Source: Clostridia bacterium (GTDB lineage Bacteria; Bacillota; Clostridia; Oscillospirales; Acutalibacteraceae). Taken from it: a stretch of 64,000 bases of DNA. A program made the translations under genes and the position numbers. Within the stretch, counting starts at the first letter, position 1. The number at the start of each line of letters is the position of its first letter. The stretch spans positions 3,169-67,168 of the forward strand of contig JAGAQV010000017.1 in assembly GCA_017622555.1 (NCBI GenBank), given 5' to 3'. Positions 8,641 through 17,658 of this stretch are shown one piece after another. The notes under the pieces were generated by a model. The model saw only the letters and a list, made by a program, of their open reading frames with translations. It was not told where the DNA came from and ran no database searches.

Positions 8641-9825
8641 ATGGACTTTTTAATGGACATTTTGAAAGAGCTCAGCTTCCTGGTTGAAAATCTTTCGGCT
8701 TTTGTCGAAGCAGGCGGCTGGAAGTACCTTGCAATGTGGGCTATTGGCGGTGTGCTTATTTATCTTGCTATCCGTCACGATATGGAGCCAACGCTTCTTC
8801 TCCCTATGGGCTTTGGTACAATTTTGGTTAACATTCCGTCTTCGGGTGCTATTACCCGCTTTACCGAAACGGGCGAGGTTATAAGTGAGGGTGCATTAAC
8901 CACACTGTTTAACGCAGGTATTGCGAACGAATTATTCCCGCTAATACTATTTATAGGTATTGGCGCGATGATTGACTTCGGCCCCCTGCTTACCAACCCC
9001 AAGCTTATGATTTTTGGTGCCGCAGCACAGTTTGGTATCTTCTTTACCTTCTGTATGGCATCAATGTTCTTTACCACAAACGAAGCTGCATCTATCGGTA
9101 TTATCGGTGCGGCTGACGGCCCTACCGCCATTGTTGTTGCAAACAAGCTTTTAGGCGCCGATAACGATATTACAGGTGCTATTATGGTTGCGGCATATTC
9201 TTATATGGCGCTTGTTCCCATTATTCAGCCACCCGTTATCAAGCTTTTAACCACCAAAAAGGAACGCCTTATCCGTATGCCTTATGAACAAAAGCAGGTT
9301 TCAAAGCTCACCAAAATTTTGTTCCCCATCGTTATTACGGTTGTTGCAGGTGTTGTTGCTCCCGAATCGGTTTCACTTATCGGCTTTTTAATGTTCGGTA
9401 ACCTTATTCGTGAATGCGGTGTGCTTAACTCCCTTTCTGACACTGCACAAAAGGTTCTTGCAAACCTTATTACAATATTCCTTGGTATTACAATTGCTTG
9501 TCAAATGGAAGCTTCCAAGTTCCTTAACGTTAATACACTTCTCATTCTCGGTCTTGGTCTTTTCGCCTTCATTTTCGACACTGCAGGCGGTGTAATCTTT
9601 GCAAAATTCTTAAACCTTTTCTTACCAAAGGGCAAAAAGATCAACCCCATGATCGGTGCTGCAGGTATTTCAGCATTCCCAATGTCAGGCCGTGTTGTTC
9701 ACAAGCTTGGTCTTAAGGAAGACCCTCAAAACTTCTTACTTATGCAGTCCATAGGTGTTAACGTTTCAGGTCAGATTGCATCAGTTATTGCGGGCGGTCT
9801 TATCCTAAGCTTCTTTATGAAATAA
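8641..9825 (+). CDS. Sodium ion-translocating decarboxylase, beta subunit (OadB/GcdB/MmdB family)
   Basis: Polytopic membrane protein with family-typical segments (LLLPMGFGTILVNIP, IGIGAMIDFGPLL, IIGAADGPTAI, MIGAAGISAFPMSGR). ATG 8641 follows a GAGAGAAAGG RBS. Confidence 0.85.
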   Translation: MDFLMDILKELSFLVENLSAFVEAGGWKYLAMWAIGGVLIYLAIRHDMEPTLLLPMGFGTILVNIPSSGAITRFTETGEVISEGALTTLFNAGIANELFPLILFIGIGAMIDFGPLLTNPKLMIFGAAAQFGIFFTFCMASMFFTTNEAASIGIIGAADGPTAIVVANKLLGADNDITGAIMVAAYSYMALVPIIQPPVIKLLTTKKERLIRMPYEQKQVSKLTKILFPIVITVVAGVVAPESVSLIGFLMFGNLIRECGVLNSLSDTAQKVLANLITIFLGITIACQMEASKFLNVNTLLILGLGLFAFIFDTAGGVIFAKFLNLFLPKGKKINPMIGAAGISAFPMSGRVVHKLGLKEDPQNFLLMQSIGVNVSGQIASVIAGGLILSFFMK

Positions 9826-9837
9826 GGGGGTAATAAT

Positions 9838-10005
9838 ATGTTAAATAATTTAATTTTGGCTAAAAGTATTTTCAGCGCATTCAACCCCATGGCTTTTGTT
9901 GACAACCTAAAATATATGCTTTCGGGTATGATTGCAATATTTATCGTTATCGGTATAATAATCATTATCACCGTAATTTTAAATAAAATTTTCAGCAAAA
10001 AGTAA
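9838..10005 (+). CDS. Small single-TM protein, OadG-like (gamma-subunit-like) by position and topology; not in ORF track
   Basis: The 55-aa sequence MLNNLILAKSIFSAFNPMAFVDNLKYMLSGMIAIFIVIGIIIIITVILNKIFSKK was translated by hand. GGGGG RBS, starts 12 nt after oadB, followed by a terminator. Confidence 0.45.
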   Translation: MLNNLILAKSIFSAFNPMAFVDNLKYMLSGMIAIFIVIGIIIIITVILNKIFSKK

Positions 10006-10010
10006 ATCCA

Positions 10011-10042
10011 AAAACCGCAAGGAAAATTCCTTGCGGTTTTTG
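10011..10042 (+). terminator. Intrinsic terminator
   Basis: Stem ccgcaagg/ccttgcgg, loop aaaatt, T-run. Confidence 0.8.
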
Positions 10043-10161
10043 TTATATGATTAAATCACATTAAATCGGGTTAGTTCATTTTTATTTTTTTTAAAATTAG
10101 GTCTTCTATTTTGTGTTAATATTTGGTATAATATATTTAATTATATATAATGGAGTATTAT

Positions 10162-10920
10162 ATGAACATAAACATTGATGGCCTTAACATAAAATACACT
10201 GACGAAGGCAGCGGCCAACCCGTTCTACTGCTTCACGGTTGGAATTCGTCATATACTGTGTACGGCGGCATTATAAATCTTTTAAAAAGTCGCTACCGTG
10301 TGGTTGCGCTAAACTTCCCCGGTTGCGACGGTTCCGACACAATGGAAAGCCCTTGGACACTTGACGATTACTGCACCTTCGTGCTTAAATTTATGGCAGC
10401 GTTAAACATTAAAGACCCCATAATGTTCGGGCATTCGCACGGCGGTCGTGTTACACTTAAAATGGCGGCCGAGGGTATGGTTAACCCACCTAAAATTGTA
10501 CTGCTCGACTCAGCAGGGCTTATTCCTAAAAAAAGCCTTAAACAAAAATTTAAGGCAAAAAGCTTTAAAGTTATTAAGTGGTTTTTAACCTTGCCGATTA
10601 TAAAAAATTTCAGCCAAGGTCTTTTGGATAAAGCACGTGCTTACTATGGCTCGGCAGATTATAACGCCGCACCCGAGGTGCTGCGTAAAACTCTTGTCAG
10701 TCTTGTTAATACCGATTTGCGTGATATAATTGGTAACATTACCGCCCCCACACTTCTTATTTGGGGCGAAAACGACACTGCTACACCTTTAAGTGACGCA
10801 AAAATTATTGAATCTAAAATTAAAGACTCAGGCCTTTGCGTTATTAAGGGCACAGGACATTATTCATTTTGTGAACGTCCCTTTGAAGCACAGGCAATTA
10901 TCAACAGCTTTTTAAGTTAA
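10162..10920 (+). CDS. Alpha/beta-fold hydrolase
   Basis: HGWNSS oxyanion region, nucleophile elbow GHSHGG, C-terminal GTGHY (His). ATG 10162 is preceded by GGAG. Confidence 0.8.
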   Translation: MNINIDGLNIKYTDEGSGQPVLLLHGWNSSYTVYGGIINLLKSRYRVVALNFPGCDGSDTMESPWTLDDYCTFVLKFMAALNIKDPIMFGHSHGGRVTLKMAAEGMVNPPKIVLLDSAGLIPKKSLKQKFKAKSFKVIKWFLTLPIIKNFSQGLLDKARAYYGSADYNAAPEVLRKTLVSLVNTDLRDIIGNITAPTLLIWGENDTATPLSDAKIIESKIKDSGLCVIKGTGHYSFCERPFEAQAIINSFLS

Positions 10921-10930
10921 GAGGTTTTTT

Positions 10931-12487
10931 ATGGACATTTTCTTTATTTTAGCCCTCATATTTATTGCGGCATCGGGGCTGTGCTCTATCGTTCGCCAGT
11001 ACCAAATGCTTCAGCAAAATTCTTATTACATTTCACGTTATTTAAAATGGGTGTTCCCCTTCTACCGAACCCGCTTAATTTTTGATGTTATTTTTGCTTT
11101 AGGCGCCTCAGCCTTGCTTTTCTTTAAGCTTAATATTCCTGCGTTTATTCTTGCAGTTATAATTTTCGGCTTCCGACTTAACACCGCAATTAAAACACAA
11201 AAGAAATCGGTTAAGGCTTTAGCCCTTACCGCCCGTGTTAAAAGGCTTTTTGTTACCGCGTTTTTAGCGGCGGCAGGGCTTGTTGTTTTAGGTGTGTTTG
11301 TTCCCTACACATACTTAATTAGTGTGTTTGCAGGAATGCTTTCCCCCCTGCTTACACTTATTTGCCGCATTTTAAATTCACCCATTGAAGCACTTGTGAA
11401 CGCTTGGTATATAAACGATGCAAAGCGCATTATTAAAGCGCATAAGGACTTAATAGTTATCGGCGTTACGGGTAGCTATGGCAAAACTACCACAAAGTTT
11501 ATTTTAACCCGCATTTTAAGTGAAAAATTTAATGTTATGTGTACTCCGCACAGCTTTAACACACCAATGGGTGTTGTACGCACCATTCGCACAATGTTAA
11601 AGCCCCAAACCCAAATTTTTGTTTGCGAAATGGGCGCTAAAGAGGTTGGCAACATTAACGAGGTTTGCGTTATTGCAAAGCCGCACCACGGTATGATTAC
11701 CTCAGTTGGTCCACAGCACCTTGAAACCTTTAAATCAATTGAAAACGTTTACAAAACAAAATTCGAACTTGAAGAGCACGTTAAAAAAGCAGGCGGTATG
11801 CTTTTTGCCAACGGCGACAGCGCTGAAATCAGTCGCCAGCTTGATAGGGACTGCAAAATCTACGGCACCTCACCAAATTTTGAATATTATGCCGACAATA
11901 TAAGCTATGGTAAATTTGGCAGCAGCTTTACGGTGCATATTAAAGATATTGAAATTGACCTTACCACCAAGCTTTTGGGTCTACACAGTATAATTGACAT
12001 TATCGGTGCTGTAGCACTTGCTTATGAGTTAGGCGTTTCTCCTGATGATATTAAATACGCCGTGGCATCTCTAAAGCCCGCCGAGCACCGACTTGAAATG
12101 AAGCCGTTTAACAAAGGCTCATTACTCATTGACGACGCCTATAACTCCAACCCCGAGGGTTGCTTGGAAGCTGTTAGAGTGCTTGGCTCGTTTGACGGTA
12201 TGAAAAAGGTTGTTGTTACCCCCGGTCTTATTGAGCTTGGCGAAAAAGAATATGAATGTAACTTTAATTTGGGACTAGAAGCCGCCAAAAATGCCGACAT
12301 TATTATTTTGGTTGGTATAAACCGTTCAAAGCCTATGGCTGATGCGGTTAAAACAACCGATTTTCCACAAGAAAACCTTTATATTGCCGCTTCCTTTAAA
12401 GAAGCTATGGATATTTACAACCGATTTGCCGACGGTAATACTGTTGTGCTTTTTGAAAACGATTTACCCGATAATTATTTAAACTAA
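10931..12487 (+). CDS. murF: Mur ligase family protein, MurF-like (UDP-MurNAc-tripeptide--D-Ala-D-Ala ligase) with N-terminal multi-TM extension
   Basis: P-loop GVTGSYGKTTTK, EMGA, SVGPQHLE and DDAYNSNP motifs. The first ~150 aa are 4-5 hydrophobic helices instead of the usual soluble domain 1. Directly upstream of ddl. Confidence 0.7.
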   Translation: MDIFFILALIFIAASGLCSIVRQYQMLQQNSYYISRYLKWVFPFYRTRLIFDVIFALGASALLFFKLNIPAFILAVIIFGFRLNTAIKTQKKSVKALALTARVKRLFVTAFLAAAGLVVLGVFVPYTYLISVFAGMLSPLLTLICRILNSPIEALVNAWYINDAKRIIKAHKDLIVIGVTGSYGKTTTKFILTRILSEKFNVMCTPHSFNTPMGVVRTIRTMLKPQTQIFVCEMGAKEVGNINEVCVIAKPHHGMITSVGPQHLETFKSIENVYKTKFELEEHVKKAGGMLFANGDSAEISRQLDRDCKIYGTSPNFEYYADNISYGKFGSSFTVHIKDIEIDLTTKLLGLHSIIDIIGAVALAYELGVSPDDIKYAVASLKPAEHRLEMKPFNKGSLLIDDAYNSNPEGCLEAVRVLGSFDGMKKVVVTPGLIELGEKEYECNFNLGLEAAKNADIIILVGINRSKPMADAVKTTDFPQENLYIAASFKEAMDIYNRFADGNTVVLFENDLPDNYLN

Positions 12488-12497
12488 GGTGATAAAA

Positions 12498-13691
12498 ATG
12501 AAAACAAATGTTGCAGTTTTTTACGGTTGCCGCAGTGTTGAACATGAAGTTTCAATTATCTCGGCCGTTCAGGCAATGCGTGCAATTGACCGTGATAAAT
12601 ATGCCGTAACCCCCGTTTACGTTACCAAAAACGGTGAAATGTACACAGGCGATAGCCTTTTCACCATTGAGGAGTACCGCAATTTGCCTGAACTTTTAAA
12701 GAAAAGCAAAAAGGTTTATTTTGTGCGTGAGGGCGATAACGTTTTAATGCGTGATATTGAAAAGAAGCCCTTTAAAAAGGACGTGGCAACCGTTATTGAC
12801 GTTGCTTTCCCCGTTGTTCACGGCACTAACTGTGAGGACGGCACCATTCAAGGCTTTTTTGAATATTTAAATTTGCCATACGTTGGCTGTGATATTATTT
12901 CTTCCGCTGTGGGTATGGACAAAGCAGTATTTAAGGACGTACTTAAAAACGCAGGTCTTCCCACACTTGACTGCATTACCTTCCGCGCACGTGAATATGT
13001 TGCCGAAAAGGAAGCTATTTGCAAAAAAATTGCAAAAGAAGTCGGCTTTCCACTTATTGTTAAGCCTGTAAACCTTGGCTCAAGCGTTGGTATTACAAAG
13101 GTTAATACTGAAAACGAGCTTGATTCAGCCATAATGCTTGCAATTTCCTTTGCTGACAAGGTTTTGGTTGAAAAGGCAATTACTTCCCTTCGTGAAATTA
13201 ACTGCTCCGTACTTGGCAATGCTGACGAATGTGAAGCCAGTGTTTGTGAAGAGCCCTTTATGAACGACGAAATTTTATCTTATGAAGATAAATATATGGG
13301 TAATTCCAAAAACGGCGGTCAAAGTAAGGGTATGGCTTCCCTTGGCCGTAAAATCCCTGCTGATTTAAGTGAAGAAAAGTCAAACGAAATTCGTGCTTTG
13401 GCTTGTAAAATATTCAAAGCTATCGGCGCCAACGGTGTTGTTAGAATTGACTTTATGATTGATACATCAACCGATACCGTTTACGCTAACGAAATTAACA
13501 CCATTCCAGGCTCGCTTGCATTCTATCTATGGGAAGCAACGGGTGTTAAATACACCGAACTTATTAACCGTATGATTGACCTTGCGTTCCGTCGTCAGCG
13601 TGGTCGTGAAAACATTACCTACACTATTGACACTAATATTTTGTCGGGCGTATCATTCGGTACAAAGGGCGCTAAAGGGGCTAAGATGTAA
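12498..13691 (+). CDS. ddl: D-alanine--D-alanine ligase
   Basis: VAVFYGCRSVEHEVSIISA N-terminus, ATP-grasp segments (FPLIVKPVNLGSSVGI, EINTIPG). AAGGTGA RBS before ATG 12498. Confidence 0.92.
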   Translation: MKTNVAVFYGCRSVEHEVSIISAVQAMRAIDRDKYAVTPVYVTKNGEMYTGDSLFTIEEYRNLPELLKKSKKVYFVREGDNVLMRDIEKKPFKKDVATVIDVAFPVVHGTNCEDGTIQGFFEYLNLPYVGCDIISSAVGMDKAVFKDVLKNAGLPTLDCITFRAREYVAEKEAICKKIAKEVGFPLIVKPVNLGSSVGITKVNTENELDSAIMLAISFADKVLVEKAITSLREINCSVLGNADECEASVCEEPFMNDEILSYEDKYMGNSKNGGQSKGMASLGRKIPADLSEEKSNEIRALACKIFKAIGANGVVRIDFMIDTSTDTVYANEINTIPGSLAFYLWEATGVKYTELINRMIDLAFRRQRGRENITYTIDTNILSGVSFGTKGAKGAKM

Positions 13692-14875
13692 TGACAAGAC
13701 TTCTAACCCGTCTTTTTATTAAAAACCCCGATGATGTAAAAAACAACGCCACCCGTGAAGCCTATGGCTCGTTAAGCGGCGTTGTGGGTATTATTTGCAA
13801 TTTGTTGCTGTGCGCCTTTAAAATTACTGTGGGACTGCTAACAGCAAGTATTTCTATCGTAGCTGATGGTTTTAATAACTTGTCAGATATGGGGTCGTCG
13901 GTAATTACCATTTTAGGCTTTAAGCTTGCAAATAAGCCCGCCGATAAGGACCACCCCTTTGGTCATGGAAGAATTGAATATATGTCGGCCTTTATTGTAG
14001 CAATTTTAATTATGCTTGTCGGCTTTGAGCTGATGAAAACCTCGGTTACCGCCTTGGCTGACGGCACTGCAATGCCAGTATATTCTACCACTTCAATTAT
14101 TGTTCTGGCCGTTTCGGTAATATTTAAGCTTTGGCTTTACATATTCAACCGAAAAATTGGCAAAAAAATTGATTCGGAAACACTTCTCGCTACTGCTCAG
14201 GATTCACTTAACGATTCAATTGCAACCGCTGTAATTTTACTGTCAGTTGCAGTAAGCAAAGTGGTTGCCCTTCCCTTTAATTTGGACGCTGTAATGGGTA
14301 TAGCCGTATCATTGTTTATACTTTTTGCAGGCATTAACGCCGCTAAAGAAACACTAAACCGCATTTTAGGTGAGCCACCCAGTCCCGAGCTTATTTCCGA
14401 CATTGAAGCAGCCATTTTATCCCGTAAGGATTTTGTCGGCATACACGACCTTATTATTCACAACTACGGCCCAGGTAGGCTGTTTGCATCAGTACACGTT
14501 GAGGTTCCGCAGGATATTGACATTGTTCACTGTCACGAACAAATTGACCTTTGTGAAAAGGAGATTTACGACAATTTGGGTGTTTCATTGGTTATTCACA
14601 TGGACCCTATGGACATAAACAACGAACAAGTTACTTTTGTAAGAACACAGCTTAGTGACGGCATTAAAGTTATTGATGAAAATTTAACTCTTCACGATTT
14701 TAGAATGACCCCCATGGCTGACACCCAAACAAATCTTGTTTTTGACGTTGTTGTTCCGCAAGAACTAAAAATCAGCGAAAAAGAGCTTAATGACAAAATT
14801 TCGCAAATTGCAAAGCTTATTAACCCAACCTTTTGCTGTGTTATAACCTTTGACCGTGATTTCACAGGTCGTTAA
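13691..14875 (+). CDS. Cation diffusion facilitator (CDF) family transporter
   Basis: Six TM helices, HGRIEY and DSLNDS motifs, C-terminal cytoplasmic domain. The start overlaps the ddl stop (TAATG). Confidence 0.85.
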   Translation: MTRLLTRLFIKNPDDVKNNATREAYGSLSGVVGIICNLLLCAFKITVGLLTASISIVADGFNNLSDMGSSVITILGFKLANKPADKDHPFGHGRIEYMSAFIVAILIMLVGFELMKTSVTALADGTAMPVYSTTSIIVLAVSVIFKLWLYIFNRKIGKKIDSETLLATAQDSLNDSIATAVILLSVAVSKVVALPFNLDAVMGIAVSLFILFAGINAAKETLNRILGEPPSPELISDIEAAILSRKDFVGIHDLIIHNYGPGRLFASVHVEVPQDIDIVHCHEQIDLCEKEIYDNLGVSLVIHMDPMDINNEQVTFVRTQLSDGIKVIDENLTLHDFRMTPMADTQTNLVFDVVVPQELKISEKELNDKISQIAKLINPTFCCVITFDRDFTGR

Positions 14876-14888
14876 ATTACATACACAT

Positions 14889-14926
14889 AAAAAAACACCG
14901 CCCTTAAAGGCGGTGTTAATTTTTTC
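14889..14926. terminator. Bidirectional intrinsic terminator
   Basis: A-run, stem acaccgcc/ggcggtgt, T-run, between convergent genes. Confidence 0.8.
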
Positions 14927-14931
14927 TTTAA

Positions 14932-16974
14932 TTATTCAGCAACTTCTTCAGCCACTTCAGCGGGTGCTTCTTCTACTACAGCTTCTTCAACAGGAGCTTC
15001 TTCAGCAGCTACTTCCTCTTCGGGCAATAATGCGCGGATAGAAAGGCTGATACGCTTCTTTTCGGTGTCAATTGCGGTAATCTTAGCTTCAACTTCCTGA
15101 CCGATGGTTAATTCATCAGCGGGCTTATTGATACGCTTGTTAGCAATTTGAGAAATATGGATAAGACCATCAATTCCGGGAATGATACGAGCAAATGCAC
15201 CGTATGTAGTCATGCTAACGATAGTAACTTTAACAACATCGTCAACGTTGTAGTTGTTTGTGAAGATGGTCCAAGGATTTTCTTCTTCCTTTTTGTAGCC
15301 AAGAGAAATCTTCTTCTTTTCAACGTCAAGATCCTTAACGTATACTTCAACAGTATCGCCAACTAAAACGACTTCAGACGGATTCTTAATACGAGCCCAA
15401 GAAAGCTCGGAAATATGAATCATACCGTCAACGCCGCCAATATCAACAAATGCGCCATAGCTTGTGAGTGATTTAACGGTACCTGTGAAGCGGTCACCAA
15501 CAGCAATGTTAGCCCAAACCTTTTCTTCGGCAGCCTTCTTTTCTTCACGAAGCACGCTGCGGATAGAGCCAACAGCTCTGCGACCACGGCCGATTTCAAT
15601 AATGCGGAAAGAAACTTCCTTACCCTTAAGGTCTTCGAGAGAATCATTTCTGGAAGCGGTTGCCTGAGATGCGGGGATAAATACTTTAACATTGTTGACA
15701 TAAGCAACTACGCCGCCCTTGATAACGTCACGAACAACGCCCTTAACGATTTCGCCCGATTCCTTAGCGGCAACTATATTATCCCAACCGGCAATAGCAT
15801 CGTAACGACGCTTTGAAAGCATTGCGGTTCCTTCCATATCGCTAATCTTCATAATAATAAGATTAAGCTCGTCATTAACCTTTACTTCATCAACAAGGTT
15901 AACATTGGGGTCAGAAGAATATTCGTTTGCTGTGATGTAGCCTGTAACTCCTCTGCCGATATCCACTGTAATTTCAGAGGAATTAACAGCGATAACAACG
16001 CCAGTAACCTTCTGATCACTTGTTAAGCTGTTGAGTGAAGCTTCGAACGCTTCCTCGTCTGTCATTTCTTCGAAGCTTTTGGTAGCAGCTTGAACTTCCT
16101 CTTCAACCTGCTCAACCGGTTGTAAATTTTCTGTCATGGTTTTTAAAACCTCCTTTATAATACCTGCAGGTGTGGAAGCACCCGCAACAACAGCAATGTT
16201 TTCGCAATTGGAAAAATTACTGATATTAAGCTCATCAGCAGTTTCGACCCAATATGTGTTGGAGCAATTGGCCCGACAAACGTCATAAAGCTTTGCCGTG
16301 TTCGAGCTACCCTTACCACCGATAACAACAACACCGTCGCTACCTTTTGCGAGCTCGAAAGCCTCCTGCTGCCTCATTGCAGTTGCATTACATATTGTAT
16401 CAAAAATTTCTGCATTTGTACACACTTTTTTTAAAAAATTTGCAATTTTTTCCCAAACTTTTTTGTTAAAAGTGGTTTGTGAAACTAAAATAACCTTTTT
16501 TTCGGCAAAATTAGCATTTTTATTAAGTAAATCGGCAAGCTCAGCTTCATCACTAACCACAAAGGTTTTACCAACGCTATGACCGACAATCCCCTTTACC
16601 TCTTGGTGATTTATATCACCCGCAACAATTACAATATAACCGTTACTACTTTTTTCATTTACAATTTTGTGTATTTTTGAAACAAAAGTGCAGGTGGCAT
16701 CGACATAACGTATATTATTGTTTATACAATAATCAATAACCGACTGCTCTACCCCGTGCGAACGGATAATAAGCACCTCGTTTTCGTTTGCTTCATTGGG
16801 TGAAGAAACGATTCTTACCCCTTTTTTTGAAAGCTCATCTACAAGCTGGGGGTTATGAATTATGGGACCTAAGGTGCAAACCTTTTCGCCTTTTTCTATT
16901 AAATCATAAACTGTATTAACCGCACGGTTTACGCCGAAGCAAAAGCCTGCGGTTTTTGCAAGTTTAATGTTCAT
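14932..16974 (-). CDS. ispH: Bifunctional 4-hydroxy-3-methylbut-2-enyl diphosphate reductase / ribosomal protein S1 fusion
   Basis: The N-terminal LytB/IspH part reads AKTAGFCFGVNRAV with conserved Cys. The C-terminal part has four S1 domains (YGAFVDIGG.DGMIHISE type). Acidic E/A/V tail. Lies next to cmk, as rpsA does in Firmicutes. Confidence 0.9.
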   Translation of the reverse strand: MNIKLAKTAGFCFGVNRAVNTVYDLIEKGEKVCTLGPIIHNPQLVDELSKKGVRIVSSPNEANENEVLIIRSHGVEQSVIDYCINNNIRYVDATCTFVSKIHKIVNEKSSNGYIVIVAGDINHQEVKGIVGHSVGKTFVVSDEAELADLLNKNANFAEKKVILVSQTTFNKKVWEKIANFLKKVCTNAEIFDTICNATAMRQQEAFELAKGSDGVVVIGGKGSSNTAKLYDVCRANCSNTYWVETADELNISNFSNCENIAVVAGASTPAGIIKEVLKTMTENLQPVEQVEEEVQAATKSFEEMTDEEAFEASLNSLTSDQKVTGVVIAVNSSEITVDIGRGVTGYITANEYSSDPNVNLVDEVKVNDELNLIIMKISDMEGTAMLSKRRYDAIAGWDNIVAAKESGEIVKGVVRDVIKGGVVAYVNNVKVFIPASQATASRNDSLEDLKGKEVSFRIIEIGRGRRAVGSIRSVLREEKKAAEEKVWANIAVGDRFTGTVKSLTSYGAFVDIGGVDGMIHISELSWARIKNPSEVVLVGDTVEVYVKDLDVEKKKISLGYKKEEENPWTIFTNNYNVDDVVKVTIVSMTTYGAFARIIPGIDGLIHISQIANKRINKPADELTIGQEVEAKITAIDTEKKRISLSIRALLPEEEVAAEEAPVEEAVVEEAPAEVAEEVAE

Positions 16975-16977
16975 AAG

Positions 16978-17640
16978 TTAAATTCGTTCCTTAACAATAT
17001 TTAAAATAAGTTCTAAAGACTCTTGCGGCTCTAAACCTGTTGTATCAGCTAAAACTGCATCGTCAGCCTGTTTTAAGGGTGCGATTTCACGGTGGGAGTC
17101 ATTATAATCACGCTGCACCATATCGTCATAAACCTCTTTAAAGGTAACGGTCATACCTTTATTTATAAGCTCATCATAACGACGACGTGCCCGCTCCTCT
17201 GCTGATGCGGTAAGGAAAATTTTAACCGTAGCGTTTGGCAAAACAACCGTGCCAATATCACGCCCGTCCATTAAAACGTTATTTTCCCTTGCAAGCTTTC
17301 TTTGCATTTCCAAAAGAAAAGCACGCACCTCACCCTTTGCCGAAACGGCAGAAGCCATCATAGAAGCCACAGGTGTGCGGATTTCTTCACTAACGTCAAC
17401 ACCGTCCAAAAACACACGCTGCTCACCGTCTACAAAGCGTATATCTACCGTTGTGTCAGCCAAAACCGAAGGAATGTCACAATTAAGGTCAGTATTAGCG
17501 CCCATTTTTGAAAATTTTAGACCGACGGTACGGTAAAGCGCACCCGTATCAACATAAATAAAGCCAAGCTCTGCTGCGGCTTTACGCGCTAACGTGCTTT
17601 TACCTGCGCCTGCAGGACCGTCAATAGCTACTGATATCAT
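16978..17640 (-). CDS. cmk: Cytidylate kinase
   Basis: IAIDGPAGAGKST P-loop. The ATG at 17640 gives the usual short N-terminus; an alternative TTG lies at 17652. Confidence 0.9.
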   Translation of the reverse strand: MISVAIDGPAGAGKSTLARKAAAELGFIYVDTGALYRTVGLKFSKMGANTDLNCDIPSVLADTTVDIRFVDGEQRVFLDGVDVSEEIRTPVASMMASAVSAKGEVRAFLLEMQRKLARENNVLMDGRDIGTVVLPNATVKIFLTASAEERARRRYDELINKGMTVTFKEVYDDMVQRDYNDSHREIAPLKQADDAVLADTTGLEPQESLELILNIVKERI

Positions 17641-17658
17641 AAAATGCGGCAACTCCTC

